NCBI RefSeq assembly: GCF_001194135.2
Contig: NC_068987.1
Coordinates: forward strand, 5,385,068 to 5,449,067
DNA: 64,000 nt
Source: Octopus bimaculoides
Lineage: Eukaryota
Direction: 5' to 3'
Numbering within the stretch: position 1 is the first letter of the stretch; each line of letters begins with the position of its first letter. The notes beneath the pieces were generated by a model. The model had not been told where the DNA came from, searched no databases, and saw only the letters and a program-made list of their open reading frames with translations. This document shows, piece after piece, positions 11,629-24,841 of this stretch. Position numbers and translations under genes: made by a program.

Positions 11629-11657
11629 ATGATCGCAGACAGTCCAGTAATGGCGAG
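11629..11657 (+). CDS. FAM199X: FAM199X-like protein, coding exon 1 (MIADSPVMA-R; a second ATG at 11650 is an alternative start)
   Basis: AG|GTATGT donor; phase 2 joins exon 2 to give AGA. Confidence 0.65.
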
Positions 11658-14600
11658 GTATGTGGTAAATCTTGCAATATACTTCATTAAATTTTATTTA
11701 CCATCGATAATAAAGTGATCGTTTCCATGTATATGTGTAAATGAATATATAAATTTACATGTGTGTGTGTGTGAGAAGGAGGAGAGAAAGCGAATGGCAG
11801 TAACTTGTAAAAGTACCTGAAATGTAATGCTACATTTATTGCATATTTCTCGTTTTCTGCACCTCTTCTTGCATCCGACCTTCACCCTCCTAGTTCCTAC
11901 ACAGCTCAGCTGATGCAGTTCTCAGTTTCTAGTCATCATGTACAGAATATCCTCGATTCTTTTATTATTATCTTTGTGTGTGTGTTTTTTAAATCTATAA
12001 TGGAACAGCTCATAATAAAATTGTTGCAATTAATCTTCGAAAGACTCTAGAAAACAAATGAAGCCGGTATTCGATTTTTGTTTGTTTGCTAATTATATGA
12101 TGTATTATTAAGAAAGTAAAAAAAAAATCACTATTAAGACGATACGAACGTGGCAATGCGTTGTGGTTTTATTTTAGTAATTATCTTTGTATAAACAGCT
12201 ATTTTATTTTGTCATTACTTTCTTTTAGACAACATCTTTGAACTAATGTAATTTCATTTTATTTTTGCCCCTCTATTTGACATAGGATTGTTATTTTTTA
12301 TGCAGAGAAACATTTATATACAGTGTAATTTTGGGAGAATGTTTCACGTGGTGTCATTATCAGCTGACGGGATCGTCTCTCTTTTTACCGGTCGGTACTC
12401 ATTAAACTAACGAGTGCATTAAACCTCAATAATAGAATTGTTTTTGTTAAAGAAGTGGAAAGCTTCACAAAAAATCTTAGCAGTTGTTTCCATTCCCAGT
12501 TTACTATTTCACTTGACGTTAAAAGCTGCTCTTGAAAAAATCACGAATGTCGTCGCACTTTTTAAAATCCTCGCTCTATAAATAGGCATTTTCTTTGTCA
12601 GAAATCATATTTCTACACACGATTTTTAATTAAAGATAAACCTTGTAAGGGTGAGAAATAGTGGTTTATTTCGATAAGTACTGGCAACTCTTATGTTTTT
12701 TCGGCAGCCTTTCGTCTAAACATCGCACGAATTTGTATAAGGGAGAAAAAAATTATAGGACATTGTTTTGGAAATTCTTTATAGTTAGGTGAATGTGGAT
12801 ATACCATTGATGAACAGAGAGGATAAACTTTTGTTGCCATAAAGGCACAAAACTAAAAACGAAATATCCTGCCAAATGGAACTGTTTAGTTCCACGTCAA
12901 CCGTTACCAAGAAGGTCTATCAGAAAAATCATTCAAAACTCGACTATTCAATCTGTTTCCATTGTCCACTATATCCATCCTTATTTACAATAAGGAGCGA
13001 CTTGAGGGAGATTTGACTACTATTTTCAGTCGATGGAGCTACCACAGTGTGGCTTCTTCTGTGTACGCGACGCACTTATTTTATTTACATTTTGTGTAGA
13101 TGTCAGAACACATCTGATAATATTTCTTAGCACTTATAACCGTGTTTAATTGTCTGTTTGTTATCTTTATTGTACCTCTATCTATATTAGTGGTCGGCGT
13201 CCACGTGTAATACATTATAACTACATGCACGACGATCTATAATTATGACATTACAATTACTGATCGTTACTGTACTTTTTATAGCCCCAGGTCGGTTCTG
13301 ATGTTGTTAAGGCGTTCCGGATGGAATCACTACCTTCTGTTTTTATAAGACTGACCTACCTTTTACTTAATACGAACTGTTTTTTTTTTTAATTAATTTT
13401 TGCGAATGAAGGTTGTGAGTTGTGGTAGGTAGATCCGATGTCTATTTTTAGTCGATCGAGCGACTACGTAAACGCTCCCTACTGTACATGCCATCGGATC
13501 AACCGTTGTGTATATAGGGTGTACAAATGTATACAATTACTACTCATGGTCTCCACGTACATTATTATCATCCAGCTTGCTTCCAGAGATACATTCACGG
13601 ATGTGTGTGTGTTTGTATATATAATATACACTCACGTGTGTATGTATGTATACTTACATACACACATGCATTTATGGGAATAAAAGACGTCCAGCATATT
13701 AAACGCACCCCAATTTCGGCAATACATATTTAGGAAGTAAAGATTTTCATGCTTGTGGAAGGCCTGGTCCAGGGGTGATATTTTTTTTGTTTTGATATAA
13801 AAGAAAGTGCGTCTTATATGCCATCAGATACGATATATGCGACGCACATTAATCATAGCAATGTTAGAAAGCTGCTTACATTGCAGGCACAAGTCCACAA
13901 AGAGTAGGTAATTCGATATGGAGACAACGTACACATCACCTAGATTTAACATAACTTTAATTGATCAACTAGTTGAACTGTCTAGTCGTTATAATTATAA
14001 CGTCTGTGGTTGAGTATTCCGCATAGGCGAGTACTCACCCATGGCACTATTCTCAAACTGACTCGGCTTGATGCAATGATTGACAGAATATAACTATTTT
14101 GGCGTCCACAGTCTTCGTTAACCTAATTTTACTCACATGGTTTGGGGCGACCCGAGATGAGTTGCGCAGTGGTTGCGAAATGAAATTCTTCACATTTCGG
14201 TCGTGTTTGCGTACACACATGTATACACTCGAACCTACTCACAGGCCACCACATGGTTTCATTTTGATGTCCACTGTTTCAACACGAACATGCGTTGGAC
14301 GAGAATTCTTAAGGCGGTACTCAGCGATCGGATTTTCCGATGAAGTGCTCTGCAGAAATTATTGAAGAAAATTTTTTTAATAAAATCAAGTTAATGTTAG
14401 AACTTGTTACACGGTGTACTCTGATATGAACTGCGGCCCCACGTGTTTAGATACATCTAAAAGTATACACACACGTGTGTGTATGTACCTGTCTGCGTTT
14501 GTGTGTGTATATATATATATATATATGTGTGTGTGTATTTAAGCTCTATGTTCATATGTATATATACATATCTACATGTGTTTATATATATGTATTTTAT

Positions 14601-17600
14601 CTTCTTATTTTGTCATTCGACTGTGGCCATGCTGGGACACCGCCTTGAAGGGTTTTTTAAAGTCTAGTACTTATTTTATCGGTCTCTTTTGCCGAACCGC
14701 TAAGGTTACGGGGACGTATACATGCCAACACCGGTTGTCAAGTGGTGGTGGGCGAGAACCACAATACATATATAACGGGCTTCTTCAGTTTCTGTCTACC
14801 AAATTCACTCACAAAGCTTTGGTTGACCCCAGGCTATAGTAGAAAACACGTGGGACTGAACTCGGAACCATGTGGTTGGGAAGCAGGCTTGTTGCCACGC
14901 CTGCGCCTATGCGTGCGTGCCTGTGTGTATGAGAAAGACGAGGTATATTGGAGCATAGTTTCCTATGACCAGAGGCACATCCTGCTTCCAAGGCACAATA
15001 AGAAAATGACTCGCCCCAGACACAACATAATGGTCTGAAGTTTTACAGTATTGAATTTCGGGGACTAATCAGATAACACCGTCTGTAGGAGCAGCGAGGC
15101 TCTTGTGTTACAACCAATATGTGTATACATGTGTGTGTTTGTATATACGTATATTCATGTGTGTGTATGTATATAAAAATATTTATAGGATGTTTTGCAA
15201 ACAACTTGCCCATATGCAAGTGCTACCAGTTGAGAACTGCACACTGGAAGCCAGCAAGTGTATGGGGTCATCAGGAGAGAATGCGCGCCGTGGCTGTGTG
15301 GTGAACCTCACCTTATCACTACCAGACTTTGAAAGTGCAGAACTACAGGGCTTTTGGTTCACATGGAATGTAAACATGTCCTCGCTGCTGTGTTCCTCAA
15401 TTGCTCTCATGTGAAGATACAAATTTCAACAACCATGCACAGGTTGGATGGTTTGACAAGAGCTTGAAAGCCAGGAGGGTAGGGGTGGGGGTGGGGGCGA
15501 TGCCAAGCACTATTGTCTTTTTTGGCATGGTTTCTATGGCTGGGTGTCCATCCCAATGCCAACTGGATTACAGAGTGTATTGGGTACTTTTTATGTGATA
15601 TCAACACTGGTGGGGGTTACCTAGTAACTTTGAAAGACACAATCAAGTCCCCTTGACTGGGTGAGGGGAGTAGTGTTGAGGGAGGTGGCTTTGTGCCGGT
15701 TGAGAAGTTAAGAGCTATAGAGATAGGTATATTTGTTGTAGAAGAGATACAAAGATACCCCTGTTGAAGAAGGGCAAAAATGATGGAGATAGAGAGATGG
15801 TAGTTGATATGTGCTGCACACACTCACACGTATATATGCATATACACATATAGGCGCAGGCAGGGTTGTGTGGATAAGTTTGCTTGCCAATCATGGTTTT
15901 CAGTTCATTCTCATTGAAGTGTAGCTTGAGACATCCTCTACTATGGCCCCAGGTTGATCAAATCCTTGTGAGTGAATTTGGTATATATATACTCCTTGAT
16001 TTGAAATCATTTAATAGTTGTAGATGAGTGTTAGAGTTCTACAAGCAGTGTCATTCATTTGTAATATTCCATGAGATCATGTCTGGCCAGAGAAACAGGT
16101 GAGTGTTGTCAGAGGAAGGGTATCTAGCTTTAGAAAATCTGCTTCAGTAAACTCTGTCCGACCTATGCAAGCATGGAAAAGTGGACATTCGGACAATAGT
16201 GTTACACACGTATATAGAGAAACCAACATGTGTCTTTCTGTCATTGCCTTCTCTTATAACTCTCTCCTCTTGGCCAAATTGCTTTTACTATATGTCGATG
16301 TCTCCAAATACTGAATGGCCTTGCATGTCTTAAAGCTTATGTATAGAAGACAACACTTAGTTGTGTCCAGTACCTTTTATCTTCACCCCTTCCCTCCTGT
16401 TGTGCCTCTTATCAGCCCATCTTGTTCTGTCTCCTATTGTACTCTTGCCCCTTTTCTGCTACATTTTCTAGGTTTCTTGTTATTCTATTTCCAGGTTGGC
16501 ACTGCTTTCTTGTATTGCTCTCCCTTCTCGACCACATTTCTTTGAATAGATCTACATATTCTCACAATAGGCTGCACTCTTATCACCATCCCTCTTATTT
16601 TGTTCTTAAATTCTTAAGGCGGACATTAAACGATGATGATATATATGCATACATATATCTGTGTGTGTGTTTGTTCGTTTATGTCTCCTTGTCTTGGCAT
16701 TGCATGTAAGTTGTAAATTAGTATCTCCAAACGAAGCAGTGTCTTTCATTTCCAATATTCTGTGAAAACAATTGGTGAGATGTGGAATCATATCTGTCAC
16801 TATATCTATGCGTTTAGGTTTGTCTGTAAACTGCTGAAAATGAGACATTACTTGAGGAATGCATTCTCACACTGAATGAAATGACAACGGAATCTAATGA
16901 AAAACTTATTTAAAACAATCACCTGAGGAAGTGCATTTTACATCTTGGATTGATGATAATGACTACACAACATCTCACCATTGAACTAGAGGTGTGAAAC
17001 TGTCTTAAAACAATTGTAGTAATTTTGAATATTGTTCATTCCATTTTCTATCATTTATCTATTCATAATATATATCATCATCATTTAACGTCTTGCTTTC
17101 CATGCTGGCATGGATTGGACAGTATGGCTGGAGCTGGCAAGTTGGAGAGCTGCTCCAGATTCTGGTCGTATGTTTTGGCCTGGTTTCTACACCTGGATGT
17201 CCTTCCTAACACCAGCCACTTTACAGAGTGTACTGGGTGCTTTTTATGTGCACCTGGCACATAGCACTGACAGGTGTTTTTTTTACATGACAATAGCACT
17301 GACAGGTGTTTTTTTTATTTGACAATGGCACTAGCACAGGTGTTTTTTTTGTTTTTTTTTACATGACACACACATAGTGCCTGCTGCTCATATTTTTGTT
17401 TTTAATATTTTAACACTAAATTACACACCTCACCAATGAACTCAAGGTGTAATATTGTATCCTAGCAGTTGTCAACCTTGACTTGGCCCATACTTTCTGA
17501 GCGAAGTTGGGCGGACAGAAACTGAAAAGAAGCCTGTCGGATGGTTTGGATCTGTACCTCGGGTGGCACAGTCTTGCCTGAGTGTTATGTGAAGGGTACG

Positions 17601-19009
17601 TGTGTCTGTGGAGCAATCGACCACTTAGATGTGAATTCAGGGACAGGTGATTCAGTTGATCAAAAGCTGTATCCTTCATTAATCGAACAAATGAGCGATC
17701 ACCACACACACATACCAGAATACACATAGATGTATGCTCACACAGGTAGGTATGCATACACACACACACACACACATGTATCCGAATACAGATAGATGTA
17801 AGCTCACAAACACATAGATGTTCACTCACACGTATAGGTATGCACATACAAACACACCTGTTGTTCGCACACAGGCATCATACAATCTGCCTTTCACTCT
17901 GAAGGAGAGAAACCCTTTGTTATCAACATAGGTAAAAAAGCTCTCTGAACTTTGCCTGTCCTATCCTTATTCCAGCAGCTTGCAAAGGGGGAAATCATCT
18001 TTTATATCCCCTTCACGATTTCTTTACAGTTTGTTCCAATGCTTAATAAAAGGTAACTTCTCATTTCTTAGTCTTAAATTTTAACCAATGATCTAATCTA
18101 GTTTTCTTGTCTATTTTCCAATTCGAACAGTGTCTGCAATACAGTCCAGAACATGCCAGAATTTTATTCTTGTCCTCAAGATTATTTTGATTATGAGGAA
18201 GACCTGAACTCTGCACTTGGTGATGAGTAAGTTTTATTATTATTATTTTATTTGTCTGCACTTCTGTTGCTTTTATTGATCATGATTTCCCAAATACATT
18301 GTCGTTATTGTCGTCGTCCCAACCATCATTTGACATTAGGTTTTCTTTCTTCTTAATTTTACTGCACATATCCTGCAGAAGATTTGCTTAATCCTTCAGC
18401 ATTCAAATTACTCTATCAAATGTATTGCTTATTTTGACTCTTTTACTCTTTCAGTCATTTGACTGTGACCATGCTGGAGCACCACCTTTAGTCGAACAAA
18501 TCGACCCCCAAAGACTTATTCTTTGTGAGCCTAGTACTTATTCTATCGGTCTCTTTTGCCGAACCACTAAGTTATANNNNNNNNNNCTTCTTTCAGTTTC
18601 CGTCGACCAAATCCACTCACAAGGCTTTGGTCGGCCCGAGGCTATAGTAGAAGACACTTGCCCAAGGTGCCAAGTAGTGGGACTGAACCCAAAACCATGT
18701 GGTTGGGAAGCAAGCTTCTTACCACACAGCCACACCTGCACCTATTCACATTTTTTGAATTAATCATTAATTATCCTGTAACTTTGAGATTTTGGGGTTG
18801 TGATTGTTCATTTCTAGAATGACATTGTAGGGTAGACGTGAGAGGCCCAATATGGCTGGTTTGAACGTAAAACAGAATATTTGTGCTGGATATGGCCGGT
18901 TTAAATGTTAAATGGTTAAGCAGTAGAAATCTCAGCGAAATAACTTGCAGTTCTCTTCCTTTATTATATAAGTTCAAATTTTGCCAGAGTCAATGTTGCC
19001 CTAAATTCT

Positions 19010-19220
19010 GATAACAAAAAGCCTCTTCCTCAGAGTGAAAGGTAGACTGTATGATGCATGTGTGCAAACAGCCATGCTACACAGCAGTAAAACATGGGCT
19101 GTGACTGCTGAGGACATGCGTAGGCTTGCAAGAAATGAAGCTAGTATGCTCCGCTGGATGTGCAGTGTCAGTGTGCATAGCTGACGGTGTAAGCGCCCTC
19201 AGAGAAAAAGTTGGGGGTTG
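19010..19220 (+). mobile_element. RTE LINE ORF2 fragment in FAM199X intron 1
   Basis: LFLRVKGRLYDACVQTAMLHSSKTWAVTAEDMRRLARNEASMLRWMCSV, the typical RTE post-RT motif. Confidence 0.85.
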
Positions 19221-19503
19221 ATACAATCAACTGACCCCCTTTTCCATAAAACTGCTAGCCAGCATTGTTAAAGTGGTGAGTCGGCAGAATATGTTAACTT
19301 GTGGAAGAAAATGCTTCACAGTATTTCTTCTGGCTCTTGTTATGAGATCAAATCCTGCTGACGTCAAACTTTGCCTTTCATTGTCATGGTCATTAAAATA
19401 AGTACAAGTTAAATACTGGAGTCGGTGGCCCCTCTCCTCAAATTTTTATCATCTTGTTGGCATCATCATCATTTTAATGTTTGTATTGATGTGATTGATC
19501 CAC

Positions 19504-19837
19504 TTTGACTAGTGACTGATCTGCTTTGACTAGGTCCACTTTGACTACTGATAGATCCACTTCGACTAAGATATTTGACTAGTGACTGATCCGCTTTGAC
19601 CAGGACATTTGACTAGTGATTGATCCATTTGACTAGTGATTGATCCACTTTGACTAGTGATTGATCCATTTGACTAGGACATTTGACTAGTGATCGATCT
19701 ACTTTGACTAGGACATTTGACTAGTGATTGATCCACTTTGACTAGGACATTTGACTAGTGATTGATCCATTTGACTAGTGACTGATCCACTTTGACTAGG
19801 ATATTTTACTAGTGACTGAACCACTTTGACTAGGACA
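19504..19837. repeat. Compound minisatellite: 19 TTTGACTAG cores with 20-21-bp and 13-bp unit types
   Basis: Units TTTGACTAG-TGAYTGATCCA(C) and TTTGACTAG-GACA read directly. Confidence 0.95.
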
Positions 19838-19947
19838 GTGTAAGAAGTTACAAAAACGTGAACTAGAATTATGTACAACCTTATTCTCACCAAAGGGGAT
19901 TTCAACCAGATATTGAGACCGTTTTTTTTTTTTTTTACTTCTCTCAG

Positions 19948-20108
19948 ATCCCTGTCTTTTGTTGAGGAAAATAACGTACGAGAAATTGAAGGACTGGATA
20001 GTCTATTTAGTCTGGGTGTCTCAGATACAGAGCGATTGTGTGATAATTTACTAGAAGATTCCGATTTACAGTATGTACTGACGAGCTATCAATACGAAAT
20101 GAATACAG
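19948..20108 (+). CDS. FAM199X: FAM199X-like protein, exon 2
   Basis: TTCTCTCAG acceptor, CAG|GTATGT donor; 161 nt, phase 2 to 1. Confidence 0.88.
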
Positions 20109-20547
20109 GTATGTGCTTTCATATATTTTCTGTATTTTTATTGTGGATTAGAAAATAACCAAATAATTCATTTCTGAACTCTGCTGGTGCCATGCAAGAC
20201 TTCAATTTGTAAATCAAATCAAATCACAATCAAATGGAAATCATAGTTGTGGCCGATGTCAGTGCCACCTGACTGGCTCCCTGTGCCGGTAGCACGTAAA
20301 AAGCACCATCTGATGTGGTTGGTGCCAGCCCTCTTGTGCTGGGCTGGTAGCATGCAAAAAGCACCCACTACACCCTTGGAGTGGGTGGCATTAGGAAGGG
20401 CATCCAGCTGTAGAAACCTTGCCAAGTCAGATTGGAGCCTGGTGCAGCCTTCTGGCTTGCCAGTCCTCAGTCAAATCATCCAACCCATGCCAGCATGGAA
20501 AAACGGACGTTAAACGATGCTGATGTTTTATTTCTTTCTCCTTGCAG

Positions 20548-20728
20548 AGCCATTAGTAAGCGTCAGCTTTGATTGGGATGATGAATCCATATCTTCTTCA
20601 CAGACGACCTCATTAGCAGATTCTGCGGAGTTTGATATGGTAGATGTCTGTGATACTAACATGCGTACCACCTCTGAACAGCTGGAATTTATTCATAAAA
20701 AATGTTTACCGAATGGCAGATGTCGATG
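20548..20728 (+). CDS. FAM199X: FAM199X-like protein, exon 3
   Basis: CCTTGCAG acceptor, TG|GTGAGT donor; acidic SFDWDDESISSS motif like FAM199X YWDWSDSE; 181 nt, phase 1 to 2. Confidence 0.9.
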
Positions 20729-21228
20729 GTGAGTAGCATAGCTTTTATCTTTTACTGGTTTGAGTCACTGAACCGTAGCCATTGTTTTGAAGGGGTCAGT
20801 CAAACAAATGGACCACAATATTTTTTTTTCTCAAGTCTAGTTCTTATTCTGTTACTCTTTTACTTGTTTCAGTCATTCGACTGTGGCCATGCTGGAGCAC
20901 CGCCTTTAGTCGAGCAAATCGACTCCAGGACTTATTCTTTGTAAGCCTAGTGCTTATTCTATCGGTCTCTTTTGCCGAGTCGCTAAGTTACGGGGACGTA
21001 AACACACCAGCATCGGTTGTCAAGCGATGCTGGGGGGACAAACACAGACACACACACACATATATATGATGGGATTTTTCAGTTTCCATCTACCAAATCC
21101 ACTCACATGGCTTTTGTCGGCCCAAGGCTATAGTAGAAGACACCTGCTCAAGGTGCCATGCAGTGGGATTGATCCCGGGACCATGTGGTTGGTAAGCAAG
21201 CTACTTACCACACAGCCACTCCTACGCC

Positions 21229-21265
<37 letters not shown>

Positions 21266-21509
21266 AAGCATTTATCCCAGCTATATCTGGCCCAAATATT
21301 CTGTGTTTTATGTTCAAACTGTCCAGTTTCTCTCTCTCACACCTACTGTACCATGTCACTGTGAAAATAGTGATATCATTGAAAGCTGTGAGATAATGTC
21401 TGACCACTTCACAACTACATTTGAACACAGCAATCTGAATGGTCAAGAATTTATCTGAGGCTTTTTAATTGGGCTGATTTATTTGAATCCTCCGTTTTCT
21501 ACTTTCCAG

Positions 21510-21658
21510 GCACCAACTGACACCGAGTGAACAAACATCTGTGATAATGGTTTTGAGTAATTTGATTCTTGAGCTTGGACCAAGGGAACGAGTTGAAGTA
21601 CTAAAATTGCTAAACCCCAATAGAAAACTTTCTCATTTCAACATGGATTCTCTTGTAG
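21510..21658 (+). CDS. FAM199X: FAM199X-like protein, exon 4 (too short for the ORF track)
   Basis: WHQLTPSEQTSVIMVLSNLILELGPRERVEVLKLLNP matches recalled FAM199X [38 protein letters not shown]; 149 nt, phase 2 to 1. Confidence 0.92.
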
Positions 21659-22339
21659 GTAAGGGAAACTGAGGACCTATTTATCTGTTCTTTCTCATTC
21701 CTGAAACAGCGTTTCACCTGTTAATGTATTCAGCAAGGCTTCAAAGCAGCAAGCTGGCAGAATCGTGACCAAACCGGGCAAAATGCTTAGCGACACTTTG
21801 TCGTTATGTTCTGCCAAGGATGGCTTTGCTTTTCATCCTCATGGGGTCTAAAAACTAAGTACCAGTTGGGCCACTTGGGATGATGTAATTGACTTAATCA
21901 CTTCCCCAGGCAAGGCTGTGAACTGGCAAAATGGTTAGCATGTCAGACAAAATGCTTAGCAGCATTTCTTCCAACTCTTTGTGTTCTGAGGAGTTTTAAA
22001 TCCTGCAGAGGTCTACTTTCGCTTTCATCTTTTCAGGGTTGTATTATTGACCTGCCTTCTCCTATTAAAATTGTCCTTGACCCCTGAAATGGACTGGTAT
22101 CTTTGTTCAATGTGAATATGGTGAACTCAGTCATTTGCATGCCATGGAAATTGGATAAATGGCCCTTATGAGCCATAGGGCTTGAGAAAATAGAATTTAT
22201 ATATATTAGGCTTGCCAGAGCGGTCATGTTTATAATGCACTTAGCTCTCCAGTACAATTTACAAATACCTGTAAGATATTTATATCATGTGCTGTATATT
22301 TTTTTTCATCCATTTTGTTGATCTTTCTTTTCTATCCAG

Positions 22340-22476
22340 ACCCAAGCTGGGTAACCGAGAAAAACATCAAGTTAGTTCTGGATTATTTGAAAAGTCCAAA
22401 AGCAAACCTGAGCTCATTTAACGAATACAAAGAGTCACAGAAACCTGTTCAACGGAGAAATAGGAAGAAACCTCAG
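22340..22476 (+). CDS. FAM199X: FAM199X-like protein, exon 5
   Basis: DPSWVTEKNIKLVLDYLK resembles LTDEKLKQVRNYIK; CAG|GTAAGG donor; 137 nt, phase 1 to 0. Confidence 0.92.
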
Positions 22477-24504
22477 GTAAGGGAACGACACATTGTTTTA
22501 TTGGTTTCTGGCATTGGTTGGCAATATGTTATTTTATACTCGTTTCAGTCATTTGACTGGGGCCATGCTGGAGCACTGCTTTTAGTTGAGCAAATCGGCC
22601 CCAGGACTTATTCTTTGTAAGGCTAGTACTCATTCTCTCGGTCTCTTTTGCCGAACTGCTAAGTTACGAGGAAGTAAACACACCAGCATTGGTTGTCAAG
22701 CAATGTTGGGGAGACAAACAGACACACATACATATATACGACAGGCTTCTTTCAGTTTCCGTCTACCAAATCAACTCACAAGTCTTTGGTCGGCCCTGGG
22801 CTACAATAGAAGATACTTGCCCAAGGTGCCATGCAGTGGGACTGAACCTGGAACCATGTGGTTGGTAAGCAAGCTACTTACTACACAGCTACTCCTACGC
22901 CTATATGAACAGTAACAAAAGAAACCTCACAGGTCTTAAAGGTGTACCACATTTTTTTTGTTTTAGTTCTCAAATCTGTTTATCTCAAGTCACGTCAACA
23001 AGTTTATCCTTGTCCTCTGCTATCATTGTCAGGCGCTGGCCTTTTCTTACTTGTACTGTAGCAACAATGGTTGTCTCCCTTGAAATAACCTTTGTCGCAA
23101 AAGATATTTTGCAACTTAAAAGAATGCTTCATAGAAACAAATTATATCAGTAAGGGACACTCTCAGGTACACGTGCACTAGTTTTAATGTAATTCTAGAA
23201 AGGGAAGCCTTAATATATCAGAATGCTGATATCTTTATCATCTTTCACATTTTAAATTTTCGTCAAAACTGCAACAGGTGCAGATGAGGCTGTGTGGTAA
23301 TAGGTTTGCTTTCCAACCACATTGGTTTAGGGTTCAAGACCCTTGTGTGACTCCTTGGGCAAGTGTGTTTTACTCTAGCCTCAGTCCAACCAAAGTTTTA
23401 AAGGGGGATTTGATGTAAACTGGAAGAAGCTGGTCAGGTGTATGCTTGTGCTTAACTGTCTCTTTGTCTTAACATCACACAGTAATTGTAAATGCAGGTC
23501 ACCATCATGGAAGCCGTTGCTTTGTGTCTAGTGTTTCTCTTAAAAACTTATCTGTCCACAGAGAAATATTATCTTACTAGGAAACAAGTGCTGGCCATAA
23601 AAATCCACTTCAATAAATTATCTGACCCATGGAAAAATAGACAGTAAAATGATATTGATTTCAACACTTGAAACCAGCCTACCTGATTTTGCACCCGGTA
23701 TTGAGTGCACCCATCCAACACCATTTTAAAATATTCACATCTAGATTATATCTTTCCAATATAATTGTAGCTGAAAACATTTTATGTTCTAAAAAAACAA
23801 TTTTAATGAGTTATTTCACTAAATCTCTCTAAATTCTATATTTAAAAATAAAAAAGAAATTGAAACACAAGCAATGTATTTAAATACAAATATGATTATG
23901 TAAAGGTGAAATGCAAATTAGTAACCCCAGTTTTTTGTAGTTATTGGAATGATTGAGTGTGGTGGCCTCACAGGCAATGTCTAGTGACCAAGATCTTTGG
24001 TGATATGCTGTGCTTGAGAAGACTCGTCAAGCCAAATGAAATCATAGCCCTGGCTGATGGTGGTGTCCTGTAACTGGCATGTAAAAAGCACCTTTTGAGT
24101 GTTGGCCTTACAGACGCAATGACCAAGACCTTTGGCATTATACTGTGCTTGAGAAGAAGACTTATGAAGCCAAGTGAAATCGTAGCTGTGGCAGATACTG
24201 GTGTCACACAACTGACATCCGTGCTAGTGGCATGTAAAAGCATGTATCACACTCTGAGGGGTTGGCATTAGGAAGGGCATCCAGCTGTAGAAATCACACT
24301 GGAGTTTGGTGTAGCCCCTCAGCTTACTAGCCTTGGTCAAACTGTCCAACCTATGCCAGCATGGACAACAGACTTTAAATGATGATGATGATAAACAGAC
24401 TGGCCACTTGTTTCTCTGGGGTTGGTCAAATTGATGTGTGTATATAGATCGCTGACCACTACATTTATATTTTTGTTCTCCTTGTTTCTTTGTGTTCCTT
24501 TCAG

Positions 24505-24600
24505 TTGAAGAGCGTAGCTCGAAACGCCAAAGACTTTCTCTATTCCCGAGCGTTAAACTAATCCATTTGTTGTTTACACCACCTGTCTTCGTAAATTCCC
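24505..24600 (+). mobile_element. Penelope-like terminal repeat fragment
   Basis: TTGAAGAGCGTAGCTCGAAACG...CCCGAGCGTTAAACTAAT; longer copy at about 49000-49220. Confidence 0.6.
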
Positions 24601-24685
24601 TCATATATATATATGAATGAATGAATGCATGATCAGATATCTATATTGTTATGCATTGTTTTATCTTTTGTTTTTTTCTTTACAG

Positions 24686-24841
24686 AAGAGAAAAGCCAGC
24701 AAACCTGAAGATCAAACAGAGAAAAGGGTTGTACAGGCAGTGAAGGAGAAAAAAAGTGGATTTTTCCAGAAAGAAATTGTTGTGTCATTGTCTCTGCATG
24801 AAGCATCGGATGAAGAAGTGGACATTGATATTATTGGATGA
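24686..24841 (+). CDS. FAM199X: FAM199X-like protein, exon 6 (terminal)
   Basis: KEKKSGFFQKEIVVSLSLHEASDEEVDIDIIG* resembles [31 protein letters not shown]; the six exons total 813 nt, 270 aa. Confidence 0.92.
   Translation, partial: KRKASKPEDQTEKRVVQAVKEKKSGFFQKEIVVSLSLHEASDEEVDIDIIG

Noticed and set aside
19504-19837. CRISPR-like repeat-spacer appearance
   Set aside because: The core is only 9 bp, linkers fall into two repeated classes rather than unique spacers, there are no cas genes, and the context is a eukaryotic intron.
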